Notes: generated from the letters alone by a model not told the origin. A stretch of DNA of 64,000 bases from Octopus vulgaris (GCA_951406725.2 OX597832.1:19778001-19842000); one strand, 5' to 3'. Shown: positions 13,551 through 28,037, numbered from the stretch's first letter. Numbers and translations: made by a program.

Positions 13551-13919
13551 CGGTGAAAGGGTGAACTTGTTTGTTTTACAGAATCATATGTTACCCATTC
13601 TAAACAAAAATCTGAAGAAATTTTCCAAAATAAAATTCAAACACATAAGGCACCATAACATTTGTGGTGAACTTTGATAGTCCGCTTTAGATATATTGCG
13701 AATTAGAATGCCAACTGAGAATGTTTGTATATCATAGTATATTAATTTTTAGTCAAATTTATCGTTTTAGGACTTAACATTTAGAATAATATGATTTTAA
13801 TCAATATATGAACAAATTATTAGATCTAGCCTACGAAATTTATAAAATTATTGAAAACCAATTTAAGAAGTAATAAGTAATACTGATATACCATTTGTCA
13901 GAAATACTTTAAATGAATT

Positions 13920-14700
13920 GAAATCTTCTTGACTTAGAACAGAAATATTGAAAAACTTAGTCTTTTCTTGTAGCTTTCAATGAAAGCAAAATAATAAGAT
14001 TAGTCTATCGTTGATGCTTCAAAGAGCAAAAATAGAATGAAAATTTATGAGTCAGTGTAGGGAAAAATGACTCGGAAAACGCTTTGCTTGCAGCGAATGT
14101 AAAGGATTCAGGATAAATTTGTAGATACCTGAAAAAATAGCCTTAAATGTATTCGGGGAAAACACAGATATCTGACCACTTCTTAAATGTAATGATTTAA
14201 AAAGCGTAACGGTTGGAAACGCCTAATTTGTAGTAAAATGATTATATTTACAAGTTCACAAATAGGAGATAAATGTGAAACTTCTAAGAATGCTTCTGAG
14301 ACAGGAAACAAAGCTTGTATTATTGCAAATGTCTTTGTATTACGTTCATTAAAGAGATCTTCGATTTCTTCAATGCAGTTACCAAAAATACTATTGTAGA
14401 AGCCATTAAAAAAAAATGCTTATTTCTTGTCAGGGACTCCATGCCCCAGCTTTGATATTAATGCTACTGATTGTATATGCTGTGGAACAATGTGCGTACT
14501 AAGGAATAGAACAAATATCTTTTAAATGAAATTCGCAAACCTGAGAGAAGACGCTCTTAAGTTTCCCTCGCTTATTGTCATTTGATTCAAAATATTCAGC
14601 ACAGTATTTATACGATGAACTCTTTCAAAAGACATTAAGTCTTTGGTCATAGTTAAAGGGATCCGAATTCCTGATTCATCTTCTGATTTTACAAACCTTT
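13920..14700 (-). pseudogene. decayed hAT transposase (ZMYM1-like type), C-terminal region with dimerisation domain
   Basis: Minus translation FYNSIFGNCIEEIEDLFNERNTKTFAIIQALFPVSEAFLEVSHLSPICEL (from about 14402), then TFAASKAFSESFFPTL...SLKHQR*TNLIIL (cf. TxxxSSAxxERSFSxL...SMxxxRLSNL). Confidence 0.7.
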
Positions 14701-15059
14701 TACACGGGGAAGCTTATTAGCAATTAGAACCTAACGCAAAATTAAGAGAGGTCACAATACTGATAGATGGTACTGACTAGCACCGCGTTTGCTAAAAATA
14801 AAAGATAAACTAACTCAAAGCTATAAAAGCACTGTCTTAGTTTCTATTGCAAATAAGCCACCATTTTTAATTTGCTTCCTACACTTTTGTCTTTTCAGAA
14901 ATCAACGGTTTTTCTTATAAGACTGACAGAAGTAGCCGAGTTTAACTCTAGGCGTTAATGCGGATTAAGATGTCCTACATTAAAATCCGAAATCGCGATC
15001 TACCTTTGTTAGTCACTTAAGACAGTGCATTTGAAGCTTTGAGTTACTTTATCTCTTAT

Positions 15060-15185
15060 TTTCTCCCAAATCTACTCACAAGTCTGACCGAGGCTAGAGT
15101 AAGATCCCTTGCCGAATGTATCACGCAGTGGGATTGAACCTGGAACCATCTCGTCGGCAAGTAAGTTTCTTACCACAAAGTCATG
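15060..15185 (-). mobile_element. partial SINE family B
   Basis: cacgcagtgggattgaacctggaaccat...ttcttaccaca matches the family B head in reverse. Confidence 0.7.
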
Positions 15186-15723
15186 TGTTACATATATTAT
15201 ACATACACATACACACGATTGTATTTATGCATATCATCACCATCATTTCTGGGTTTTTCTCTTTTTTTTTTATTATTTGGCATTGAATTTCTTTTTCTTT
15301 TCTTTCGTCTTTCTTTTATCTTCCACGAGAATTCTTTGATCATCTTCTTTGGTTTATTTTCTTTGTTATACTTTTGACACTCATTTTTATTCTTTGTTCC
15401 TGTTTTGAGATTAAAAAAAAGGTTAGTAATCCCAACGGTCCATCCAGTGAATTTCCCGAGTTCTTTTTGAATTTTCCTATAAGTATATTTTCTAAATCTA
15501 GGGGTACCACTATGAAAAGTAAGGGAGCAGTACCTTACTTTTCATACTTCGCTTTATTGTTAGGGTATAGTTGTATGATTGCATTTTCTATGTTTCTCAA
15601 TGTGGAAATTCACTTCATCCATTCGTTTGGTGAAAAGACGCTTTTATAATAGCTTAAATTTTGTTGTCTTTCTTATAAATGCACTTTACACTGTCCAAAA
15701 GTTTGCCATTGTAGTTGTTAATG

Positions 15724-15777
<54 letters not shown>

Positions 15778-15780
<3 letters not shown>

Positions 15781-16334
15781 GCCCTGATGCAGTACCGGGC
15801 AGTGGCTCTCATGGCTTCTGATCTTAACTGATTGCAAGTGTTATCATGTACATTGTTTTGTCTTGGTATAAAAGATGGGCTACAGCAAATATTCTGCTCA
15901 ATACCACAGATTTGCTTGTCAGTTGTTTGACCTTAACCAGTTGAGCATGTCCCTTATTGGCTGACGATATGTGCATCTCTGATCACGAGCAGAAGTAGTG
16001 GGGGAGCATCATAGCCATGTGTTGAGAGGGATTCTTTGGGGTTTGAATAGTTCACCTCTGGAAACATGGGTGGTTCTTTCAACATCCTTAAACAACCCTT
16101 ATTCAGGGACCGTTTGAGCGGGATGGGCTACTCAACCTGAAGAAAATTCTAACTGGGCCTCACCTGCAAGGTCATGTGCTGTTTATCTTGATATGAGATC
16201 ACCATGTCGCGCACATATGGTTGTGATGCATGTGCCTGGTGTACCTTTATCAGACGGGTAGTCATGATGGGTATATTGGGCTTCGTATATTTCACCCCAG
16301 TGTCACTTTGATGGCGTGAACTGCTCTCTCACTC
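15778..16334 (+). mobile_element. about 557-bp non-coding element embedded in an (AAT)n array; probable non-autonomous retroelement or LINE 3' UTR
   Basis: Higher-GC block with sharp boundaries, flanked on both sides by AAT repeats; no ORF and no TIRs. Confidence 0.65.
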
Positions 16335-16692
<358 letters not shown>

Positions 16693-16769
16693 CTGTACCC
16701 ACACTTTATGTTTGTCTTTCTATCGCACACCCCTCATCCTTCGCCCTGTGACAAATAAATGAAAACAAT

Positions 16770-16985
16770 AATCTTTTCTATTATGGGTACAAGGCCTGAA
16801 ATTTGGTGGCGGGGCGGGGGCAATCGATTACATCATTTCCAGTCCTCAACTGATATTTATATTATCGACTCCGAAAGGATAAAAAAACATAGCTGACCTC
16901 GGCGGAATTTGAACGCAGAACGCAAAGACGGATGAAATGCCGCTAAGCATTTAGTCCGGCTTGTTCATGAATCGACCCGCTAACA
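16770..16985 (-). mobile_element. SINE family A
   Basis: Near full-length core including gacctcggcggaatttgaacgcagaacg (reverse B-box-like). Confidence 0.85.
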
Positions 16986-17304
16986 CTGCTCTAAAATAGT
17001 GGAAATTGTACATTATGCATAACTGCAGGGTGTAAAAAGAAAACCAATATGACAAGCAAATTTTAACAATATTTCCTGTAAAGAAACGGAGAATTCTGAG
17101 GGCAGCAAATAAAAATCTCTTAAAGTTACGGTCTACCTGACCCATAAAGGAAGTGTCTTCTGCTCATCCATCCTTCCCTCAACATACAGTCACATGCTTA
17201 GAGCTGACTCTGACCGTCCTTGTTGCATTCACCTATTTTCAAAGAATTTGCTGGAAGGTAGCACATCCTTCTCCACTCTCACCTCATTTTAATGATGATG
17301 ATGT

Positions 17305-17342
<38 letters not shown>

Positions 17343-17352
17343 CTGCTGATGC

Positions 17353-17431
<79 letters not shown>

Positions 17432-17633
17432 ATTGATGATGACGACGATTCTAACAACCAGAACAGCAAAATAAACAGCAATAATAATAATAAGAAGAAG
17501 AATATGAAAAGTGGAAAGACGATAAACAACAACTGCGATACCAGCATGGCCACCACGACTAAAATTATCTATAGCATCAATAACAACAACAAATATGGTT
17601 TTTCACTACGAAATTCTTCATATATATACATAC

Positions 17634-17713
<80 letters not shown>

Positions 17714-18239
17714 TATATATACATATATGTGTGTGTGTGTGTATGTATGTACGTATGTATGTATGTAACAAGGGTGATGAGTGGCGTGGTTGGTTTAATC
17801 GATGTCGCCAGTTCCTTTAACTCAGTGCTGCTCTGCAGGCTGTGAAATGTTAACAAAATCGATATTTCTAAGAATATGACAACCTTGTACGTTTGTACGC
17901 TTGTACGTCTGTCAAGACGAACATTATATATTTTTGCAAAAAAAAAAAAAAACTGAGAATAATATACTTGTAGTGTACATAGTAAAACATGACAATAAAT
18001 AAAGAAATAAGCACACAAGTCAATGGTAATATACATTTATTTTTTGTTGTTATTGTTTTATTTATTTAATTGTTACATTATATGTTGTATTGCGTATCGT
18101 CGCATGTTATTTATTGAAAACTCACATATACAAATATGCACGTAAATGTCTGGGTAGGAACAAATATATATATAGATATATATATATCTCTACATATATA
18201 TATATACATATATATATATATGAATAAGTATATATATAT

Positions 18240-18288
<49 letters not shown>

Positions 18289-18293
18289 TACAC

Positions 18294-18327
<34 letters not shown>

Positions 18328-18825
18328 GTTTGTATGTATGCATATATACACACACATTTATCTGTACTTGTTTAAATATATATGTAAATATATATTTTAT
18401 TTTTGTTTTCGAAGCTATAGCAAGCCTGTGGAGAATAGCAACTCGTTTTAGTTAATGCCTCGGGCGGTAAAATGTATCTGCAAATATGTCTTTCTGTATA
18501 CGTGTGTGTATTGAACGAGAGAACATGTGAAGGAATGAGTGAGTGATAAAGGGAGTGAAAGAAGCATAGACTGTTATAATAGAGCAATGATTGTCCATAG
18601 TTTCGTATGTGCAGTTAGTTCCTAAAGACACAAACATCATTTCTAGACCTTCGCAGTCCCATCTTCTGTTTGAAGTGAAGTTTTGAATTGGGTTTTGTTG
18701 CTGTCACATTGTAGTAAAGAGATCTAGTGTCATTTGTGTAGACGTTAACGCCGTAGATGGCTTTATGTTAATGCCCCTTCTTACACCAGCATATATCAAT
18801 GTATGTATGTGTGTATATGAACAAA

Positions 18826-19160
18826 GTGAAGGCACATGGCTCAGTGGTTAGAGCGTCAGGATTACAATCGTGAGGTTGTGAGTGTGAATGCCGGACAGGG
18901 CTGCGCGTTGTGTTCTTGAGCAAGACACTTTCTTTCACGTTGCTCCAGTTCACTCAGCTGTAGAAATGAGCCGCGACGTCACAGGTACCAAGCTGTAACT
19001 GCTGTTGCCTTTCCCTTGGATAACACTGGTGGCGTGGAGAGAGGAGACCGGTATGCATGGGCGACTGCTGGTCTTCCATAAACAACATTGCCCGGACTTG
19101 TGCCTGGGAAGGTAACTTTCTAGGTGCAATCCCATGGTCAGTCATGACCAAATGGGGTCT
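18826..19160 (+). mobile_element. tRNA-derived SINE family C, full length
   Basis: A-box tggctcagtggttagagc, degenerate B-box, central domain gtgttcttgagcaagacactt...ttgctccagttcactcagctgtagaaatgag; homologous along its length to 31115-31452. Confidence 0.9.
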
Positions 19161-19598
19161 GAATATGAACAAAACACACACACACACATATATTTTATAC
19201 GCATATACATTGACAGACATACATTCATGCATATATACATATATACGCTGATATGTTAAGAGGTATACATAGATATACATATAGATGAACACACATACAC
19301 ACAAACACACACATATATATAAGCACATCCATCCATATATTTGTGTGTCTATTTGGCTGGGTGTGTATGTGTGTATCTATGCGAATGTGTATTTCTGTCT
19401 TTGTGTGTGTATACATGTATACATAAATATACCTTCGCCATTGCTCCTAATGTCACCTGGCCTCCATCGGCTTTTGACAAAATTGAAATACTCTATCTGT
19501 TCAAGAGAAGCTAAATATGTAATCGTCTCCTGAAGTTATCATCATCTACACCATCAACTTCAGCATCCACAACAGCATTAACAAAAACGCCACCACCA

Positions 19599-19632
<34 letters not shown>

Positions 19633-19735
19633 CAACAACAAAAACAACATTATTAATAACAACGGTAGTAACACTAATGAAAACTGTAAATTCAGTGTCA
19701 AATCAAATGAATGCAGTGGTAACGACCTGTTGTAG

Positions 19736-19909
19736 AGAACTTTAGAGAACAACAAAGCAGCTCTCTTAAAACAAGAAACCCTGTCAGGCATTAATTTATA
19801 TGACCGCACCTCAGAAAGCGATGATGGTGACGATGATGCTCGTGCTGAAGAGGGTGGCAGTGGTGGTGGTGGTGGTGGTGGTGGTTGTGGCCTTGGTTTC
19901 AGTATTAAT
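19736..19909 (+). other. candidate coding exon (unverified)
   Basis: ctgttgtag|...|gtaagt; 174 nt, open in phase 0: RTLENNKAALLKQETLSGINLYDRTSESDDGDDDARAEEGGSG...CGLGFSIN. Weak polypyrimidine tract. Confidence 0.2.
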
Positions 19910-20234
19910 GTAAGTGACGGTTGGGCTGTCGTTGTTCTTGTTGATCATGATAATGATGATGACGAGGAGGAGGAGGAGAAGGGGAGAAGGAGGAGAAGAA
20001 GGAATTTGATGATGATAATGATGATGTTGGAGATGATGATGATGATGATGTTGATGATGATGATGTAGGAGATGATGATGATGATGACGATGATGATTGG
20101 ATGGCGAACTTGTTCGGTATCATCTCAGGGAGTACAATCGAGCAACATGTAACATCGGTAATTAGCGTCATCGCTGACAGAGTCACGAGATGCATGTTAA
20201 TGAACGACAACGCCATCGCCCTCATTAAAGAGTG

Positions 20235-20270
<36 letters not shown>

Positions 20271-21360
20271 GATCGCAATCAGCACCACCACTACCACCAC
20301 CACCGACACCACCACAGCCACCATCACCAACACTGTCATCATCATTTTCGTCGTCGTTGCCATCAACATCATCATCAACTCCGCCGTCTTCATCATCATC
20401 ATAATCATAATCATCATTATCATCATCATGATCATATTCATCATCACCATCATAAAGTACAACGACAGCAGGAGCAGAATAGCAACATCAGCAGCAGCAG
20501 CAGCAGCATTGTGACCATCATCGACAATATTATATACAATACAACACACACACGCACACATACACACGTACATACCCTCTACTGTTCTCTCTCTTCCTTT
20601 CTCTAATTCTTTATTCTCCCCTTCTCACCCTTTCGCTTTTTCTCTCTCAACTTTTCACTAATTCTTTATTCTCCCCTTCACCATTTTCTCTCTCTCTCTC
20701 TTCCTCTTTCTTCTTTACTCTCTCTTGTTGCTCACACGCGACCATCGTCCATCTTTCTTTTCCTCACGTGATCATCTGTTTTTCTTTCAGTCTGTCTTAC
20801 AGACCAGATGCATTCTTATCTGTAACTATTACATATGAAATAAAAGTGAAAGGATAATTCTGAGTGTACTTCTATGTGTGTTATGTGTCTTCGAAGACAT
20901 ACTTCAGATTCAACGCAGTCTCAGGTCAAAGCACCTCCAAAATCAGTACAAAGCGAAATATTTACTTTATGCATATTACACGTATATATAATATATACTA
21001 AGCCCCTTTTTATAAGGATGTGAAACATCCAATTTTCACAGGTTAACGAATCAATACCTAATATATGATATTTAGTAGAAACATTTTTCCAATATCAATG
21101 GGTATATATATATATACAATATAGAATAATATACGAAAATCGCATATCGCATTTCGCAAAACAGACTAAATCAATATATGTTTATATTTGTAAGTCTAAA
21201 TCATGTCCTCATATGTGAGTTTACTCCGTTTTGGGTTTGAAACGAAAGACTTGTAGGGAATATATTTATTTTTATATTTCTATATTTTTGTAATGATGAT
21301 ATAATATTATGTTAAATTAACAGGCCAATTTGAACTCTCCATTTTCCTTTAATTATTGTG

Positions 21361-21412
<52 letters not shown>

Positions 21413-21853
21413 TATAAGTACAGACACAAGCGCTCACGTATATACGTATGTATGTATATAAACATATATGTATATGCATATATATATATATATTTAAATA
21501 TGTCTTTTATTTTTTAAATTGTTCAGATTTCCTTTTATAAAGTCAATACTTTATTTGATTTGATGTTTATTAGCTTTGTATTAAAAATTTATAACCAAAT
21601 TCCCTCTTTTAATTTTCGTTTACTGTAGCAAAATTTCAATGAAAGATTTTGCTTGAAGATTTTAAAAGTAGATTTATTCATTGATGGATAAATCTGATGA
21701 TTACTACAAACGTATGAAAGCGCCAATTGAACTTTATGAACATTATTCAGTATTTTTTTTACTGTTTAACCCATTTCAACATTATCAATTTTTTTTTAAT
21801 ACAATAATAAAAAAACGTGAACAAATTGACCATGTTATAAATTTACTCCAACG

Positions 21854-21949
<96 letters not shown>

Positions 21950-22906
21950 ATATATATATATATGCATATATATATACAAACACACACACGCACACATATA
22001 TATATATTGAAGTGGTACAAGCCACTCTAAGCTTCCAAATGTCGTGGATTGGGTATGAGACCGAACTGATGTCCAATAGAATTTTCTCACTGTTATCCGA
22101 AAGCCGTAAGATCACAAAACCTCTTTTTCTACCTGTTGTATTTAAGAGATTTTCTTAACATAACTTCTAGTTGAAATTCTTTGACTTTTTACTGGATAGA
22201 CATTCAGCAGTTAATAAAACTTCAAAAAGTGAGAACTCAGGTTTATATACCTCCTGTTATAAAATATACAAATCTGTTACTTAAGATTCATCACACGGCA
22301 GCTATTCACATTAACAAATTACAAATCTTTAGCCAATTCATCTCACTAACACTTGCTGTATCCCTACGGATGTTTTTGAAGCGATAGTATGTAGCAAGAG
22401 CAGTGTATAATTACTGCTGCACCAATGAGGCAATATGAACTACAGTTTTTGCGGAATATTAGGCATTACTAGCATTCACACGATATAGCTGCTTAAATCC
22501 CATATCTCAATCACTTTAACAAAATATAAGATGCCATAACGAACGGTCGTACTTTATTGCTATACAGCGATAACCTCCACGTATGTATTACTAAGGTAAT
22601 ATGGTTGAGCGGATAAACAATTTTGGTGCTTCAGTGCAGGTCATGAGTTCAAGTACGAGGCAGGTGTTTCCTCCTGACTTTAAACAGAACACTCTATCAT
22701 CCATTGCATTTCCTCACTTCATCCCGACCTTCGGAATAGTTATGGGAACATTAGGTAAAATTAACTAATGAGAGACAATCGTCATATCCGAGAAGACATT
22801 TGTGTAAGAATAGCATAATTTAATCGGATCTAAGCACCTGCCATTCTAAACAACCCCAATAACACACACACACACGCACACTCACACACACACACACACG
22901 CACACT

Positions 22907-22938
<32 letters not shown>

Positions 22939-23052
22939 CACACATACATACATACATACATACATACACACACACACATATATATATACATATTTATAGA
23001 TATATTTACATGTACATATGAGTATATATATATATTTATATTTATATATGAG

Positions 23053-23148
<96 letters not shown>

Positions 23149-23499
23149 GTATGTATATATTTGTAAATGTAAAATCTAAAGATCAACATGTAGGAAGTAA
23201 GTAAGGTCCGAGTAGTTCGTAGAATTCAGTGATAAGAAATATATCCATGATTAAATATCATTTACTACCATGTTTCTGTTGATGAGACTTGCCTCTCTCT
23301 CTACCTACCCCCTTTGTAATGTTGATAAATGGAATAAGTATAATAATGAATCTTTTCAATTTAACTAAAAAATTCCATATGCAGCTGATGATTGCTCTAC
23401 ATTTTCAAACTGATGTAATACTTGCGTTGTTTAATTAAATGAAGTCACATGAAACGATTGTACTGCACTATCTTAGGATATCCTTGCTGCTTATTTTGA

Positions 23500-23537
<38 letters not shown>

Positions 23538-23677
23538 ATATTTATTTATATATATAAATATATCTCACTATATATATGTATGTCTGTATATATATACATA
23601 TATATTTATACACGTATACTTATTTATATATACAATAATAATAATAATTTTTATTATTGTCATTATTACTATTATTA

Positions 23678-23747
<70 letters not shown>

Positions 23748-24149
23748 ATTTATATGAGTTTTGAAATAAAAAGCCATAAGCATACGACTTTAGCTAGTGT
23801 CTTGATTTTTTGAGAGTGTTGATATGTATGCAATTATACATGGTTATATAATTGCATGTGTATGCATATACTTAGATCAGAACACTCGTTTATTATCTAT
23901 TGATTTATTTATCGATTTATTCATGTATTTATTTATTTATTTATTTATTTATTTACAAATTGCTTTTGAATGTCCGCTAGTCTGACCTTGTGAAAGCTAA
24001 ACATTGAAAACATGAACAAGACAGACGGTGATAAACGACAAACGACAGTACATTACCTTAAGTTGCCAACATAAAATTGGTGGATTGTGAAAGAGTCAAA
24101 TATGTAAATATATAAATATGCAAATAGATAAATCATCTGAGGATATAAC

Positions 24150-24290
24150 AACCTTTAACGAGAACTGGAGATATTTCAGCAGTGTGTAACAACTTATGAA
24201 TTTGTTATTCAACAAAAGGTGCAATTCAAATTATAGCGGAAGGTGAAACTTGAGAACAGATCTTTAACATACAACACAAAGAACATTCTT
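24150..24290 (+). pseudogene. possible Penelope GIY-YIG endonuclease remnant
   Basis: Frameshifted peptides KRCNSNYSG / GET*EQIFNIQHKEH resemble CxxCxxxYIGET...R..EH. Confidence 0.3.
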
Positions 24291-24612
24291 AAAGAGTTAT
24301 ATATGTCGTGTTGTTAGATGCATAGAAGTCTTCCAGGGTACGATGAAACGGCGTAGATGGACAATATGGGAAGACTACAAAAATGTAACTGAGGCCTCTG
24401 ATGTCATCTGGGTTAGGGTTCACGCTTGGTTGTAAACTCGAGATTCCGGCAATACTTTCTTGCAGAAGTTTTGCGTATGGCGAGTGCGTCTAATGATCTT
24501 GACACTACACAAGAACAATAGCCAACATGTTTATCAGTAAGATATGTACGTGTGTGTATGTGTGTGTGTGTGTGTATGTGCGTGTGTATGAGTGTGTGTC
24601 TGTAAGAATATG

Positions 24613-24645
<33 letters not shown>

Positions 24646-24718
24646 GAATGTATATCTATTATACATGCGTCCTCTGTATATAAATAAATATATTATACGT
24701 ATGTCATCTGTATGTGTT

Positions 24719-24756
<38 letters not shown>

Positions 24757-24757
<1 letters not shown>

Positions 24758-25128
24758 GCGCAGGTGTGGCTGTGTGTTAAGAAGCTTGCTTGCCAACCAC
24801 TATAGCCACGGGCCGACCATATACTTGAGTGGATTTTGTAGACAGAGACTGAAAGAAACCTGTCGTATATATGTATATGTATATATATGTGTGTGTGTTT
24901 GTGCTTGTGTGTGTGTGCTTGTGCGTCTGTGTTTGCCCCCCCCCCCCCCAACATCGCTTGTCAACCGATGTAGGTGTGTTTACGTCCCCGTAACTTAGCG
25001 GTTTGGGAAAAGAAACCGATTGATTACGTACTTACAAAGAATAAATCCTGGGGTCGATTTGCTTGATTACAGGCGGTTCTCCAGCATGGCCACAGTCAAA
25101 TGACTGAAGCAAGTAAAAGAGTAAAGAG
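24757..25128 (+). mobile_element. tRNA-derived SINE family B with internal deletion
   Basis: ggcgcaggtgtggctgtgtg head, internal (TA/TG)n, tail cagtcaaatgactgaagcaagtaaaagagtaaagag. Confidence 0.9.
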
Positions 25129-25159
25129 ATATATAAGAGTCAAGACTATCGAAAAAATT

Positions 25160-25335
25160 TTGCAAGACGCAACGAAAATTTTTGAAAAACAAAAATAAGA
25201 AAAAAGTGGAATTTTACAGGTGAGTGTGTTACATTATAAGGCACAAAAAGAAAATCGCTCTCCCCAGACACAACAGAATATGCTTCAATACACGAACTCA
25301 TATAAAGAATCTTATAAACCAAATCCCAAAACGAA
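25160..25335. repeat. dispersed repeat, homologous to 30540-30757
   Basis: ggtgagtgtgtta.attataaggcacaaaaagaaaat..ctctccccagacacaacagaata shared by three segments. Confidence 0.85.
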
Positions 25336-25442
25336 ATATATATATTTACATAAATATATGTATGTAATAATTATATCTATTATATGTCAATCTATCTATC
25401 TTTCTATCTATCTATTTGTCTATCTATCTATCTATCTATCTA

Positions 25443-25476
<34 letters not shown>

Positions 25477-25831
25477 GTTTGTATATGTATATAATTATTT
25501 GTACACATATATACAAAAGCACACAGACGTGGTATTGGTATTATGATATATATATCTGCATATGCTTACACCGAGTGTGAGTGTGAAATCGTGGGAAATT
25601 CATACCTTTCGAAGCAGAATGAAAGAATAGATGCATAGTCGAATGCATGTGAACAAATATATGTCAGGAAAATACAGTCACGTTCCTGTGAAAAAGTGTG
25701 CGGATGTATGGGAAAACGATAAAATAGCTAAAGAACGTCTCTGATTCCCATAATGTATATAGTTACACATAACCACACTCACACATACACGCACACACAC
25801 TCACAACCCTCATATTTTATTTGTGTCCGTG

Positions 25832-25867
<36 letters not shown>

Positions 25868-26170
25868 TATCCATATTCATAATCATAATCGAATGTCCTA
25901 CTTACTGAAGGATAAATTGTGAGTGTACTCAATAAATATTGTAGAGTATATTATTTGTTTAAATATTCCTCTTTTTGTGCTGTAACGTTTCCCGCTCTGG
26001 AAATCTTTAAGCGAAAACTTTTAAAAATTCAGAATGATGTGAAAATTGAATGCTATAAATCGAATATAAGCGTGTATACAGGTATATGTGCAAATAAAAG
26101 TACATGCACAGCATATACATATTTGTGTGTTTGTGTGAAAGACTGCATGTGTGTATTTAGATTATATAAA

Positions 26171-26248
<78 letters not shown>

Positions 26249-26291
26249 CATATATCGACAGAGAGTTAGATAGATAGACAGACAGACAGGC

Positions 26292-26338
<47 letters not shown>

Positions 26339-26350
26339 TAATAGACAGAG

Positions 26351-26438
<88 letters not shown>

Positions 26439-26806
26439 TGACATGAGTTAGTAACATACTACTCAATCTGGGCTGAAGTTGTTTGTATTCTAATGTATTC
26501 TGCGCAAGTCAACCACCTGGTGACGACCTTGAGCATACCACCCAAAATGCTTGGAGACGTTTCGCCCGTATTAACGTTCCGGTTTCAAATTCTAAGCATT
26601 TCATTGGTTTGGGTCGATTAAATATGACCTAGTTAAGCAGTAGCCTCAGTGTAGTTGACTTATTCCCTAGTGGCCTTGTCCCAAATTTAAAACCACACAC
26701 TAATAAGGATTATAAAGTAATTCAGGTGAATTCAAGTAAATTTAAACGTTACAATTCATAACTGTGGGGTAAATAAGAAAGTAAACACATCTTTCCTCTG
26801 TTACAG

Positions 26807-26824
26807 ATTTGTGGAAAAGGGGAA
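26807..26824 (+). other. candidate 18-nt microexon
   Basis: catctttcctctgttacag|ATTTGTGGAAAAGGGGAA|gtaagt; open in all three phases, in non-repetitive sequence. Confidence 0.35.
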
Positions 26825-27156
26825 GTAAGTCACTTGTCGGACCGTTTTATTGTAAGTTCACCGCTTTTCTGACAAGGTGTACACGCCATCCCTTAATAAT
26901 CAATAACACACATCAATTGCAATATATGTATATAACCGCATATGTAGACGCACACGAACACACACACACGTATACACACATGTGCATGTATAAATACCTA
27001 TATACACATGTGCATGCATATATATATTTTGTATCTATGTATATGTATATATGTGTGCACTTAGACAACATGTAAACCTATGTTCCCCTATGTGTGTTCA
27101 TGTATACATGACCGGTACCAAGATAGATATTCTTTCGAAATACTCATATATGTATA

Positions 27157-27220
<64 letters not shown>

Positions 27221-27423
27221 TATGTATATATATATATATGTATATATATATATGTATATATATATATGTATGTATATTCATATATATGCATATATATATA
27301 TATATGCATATATCTATATATATATATATACGGTGCGCGCGTGTGTGACTGACTTTGCATACAAGTATAAACAGAAATATAAATGTAGATATGTTATATA
27401 CATATATATGTATATATATATAT

Positions 27424-27464
<41 letters not shown>

Positions 27465-27624
27465 ATATATATATACTTATACATATATGCACACACAAAT
27501 ATATACACATATATGTATACACACACACACACACGCACATATATATATATATATATACATATATATACATATATATATATATACATATATATATATATTT
27601 ATACAAACATACATGTATATATAT

Positions 27625-27663
<39 letters not shown>

Positions 27664-27990
27664 TATATATATCAGTTGTAACTGTAGGAAAGACACGAGT
27701 TATTTGGGATAATCTGCTGGAATATTTCCAGCGTTCATAGGAACATGGTTGGCTGAACAAACAAATCGATAGAAATAACTGCAGACGAACGTTTTGCATG
27801 ACTCACGATTGTTATTTCAATTTCGGGTCTACAACAGGTAGCAATACCAACACCAATAGCAAAACGTTTGGGTGAATAACCCGCATACGTACTCGTACGC
27901 TTTGCTGCTCTTTTACACACAAACACACACACATGCCAACTCACACACATACACCCACACGCACATACACACACATACACACACAGACAT

Positions 27991-28037
<47 letters not shown>

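Noticed and set aside
18588-18610. tgattgtcca matches the 5' end of miR-219; tgactagat near 60113 matches the miR-279 start
   Set aside because: Matches stop at 9-10 nt and no precursor hairpin forms.
18826-18905. tRNA-like sequences at SINE heads (also 53051, 59352, 22594)
   Set aside because: A/B boxes are present but there is no closed cloverleaf, and they continue into SINE bodies; not tRNA genes.
20603-20686. Direct repeat ctaattctttattctccccttc twice
   Set aside because: Short local slippage duplication in a CT-rich tract; no further structure.
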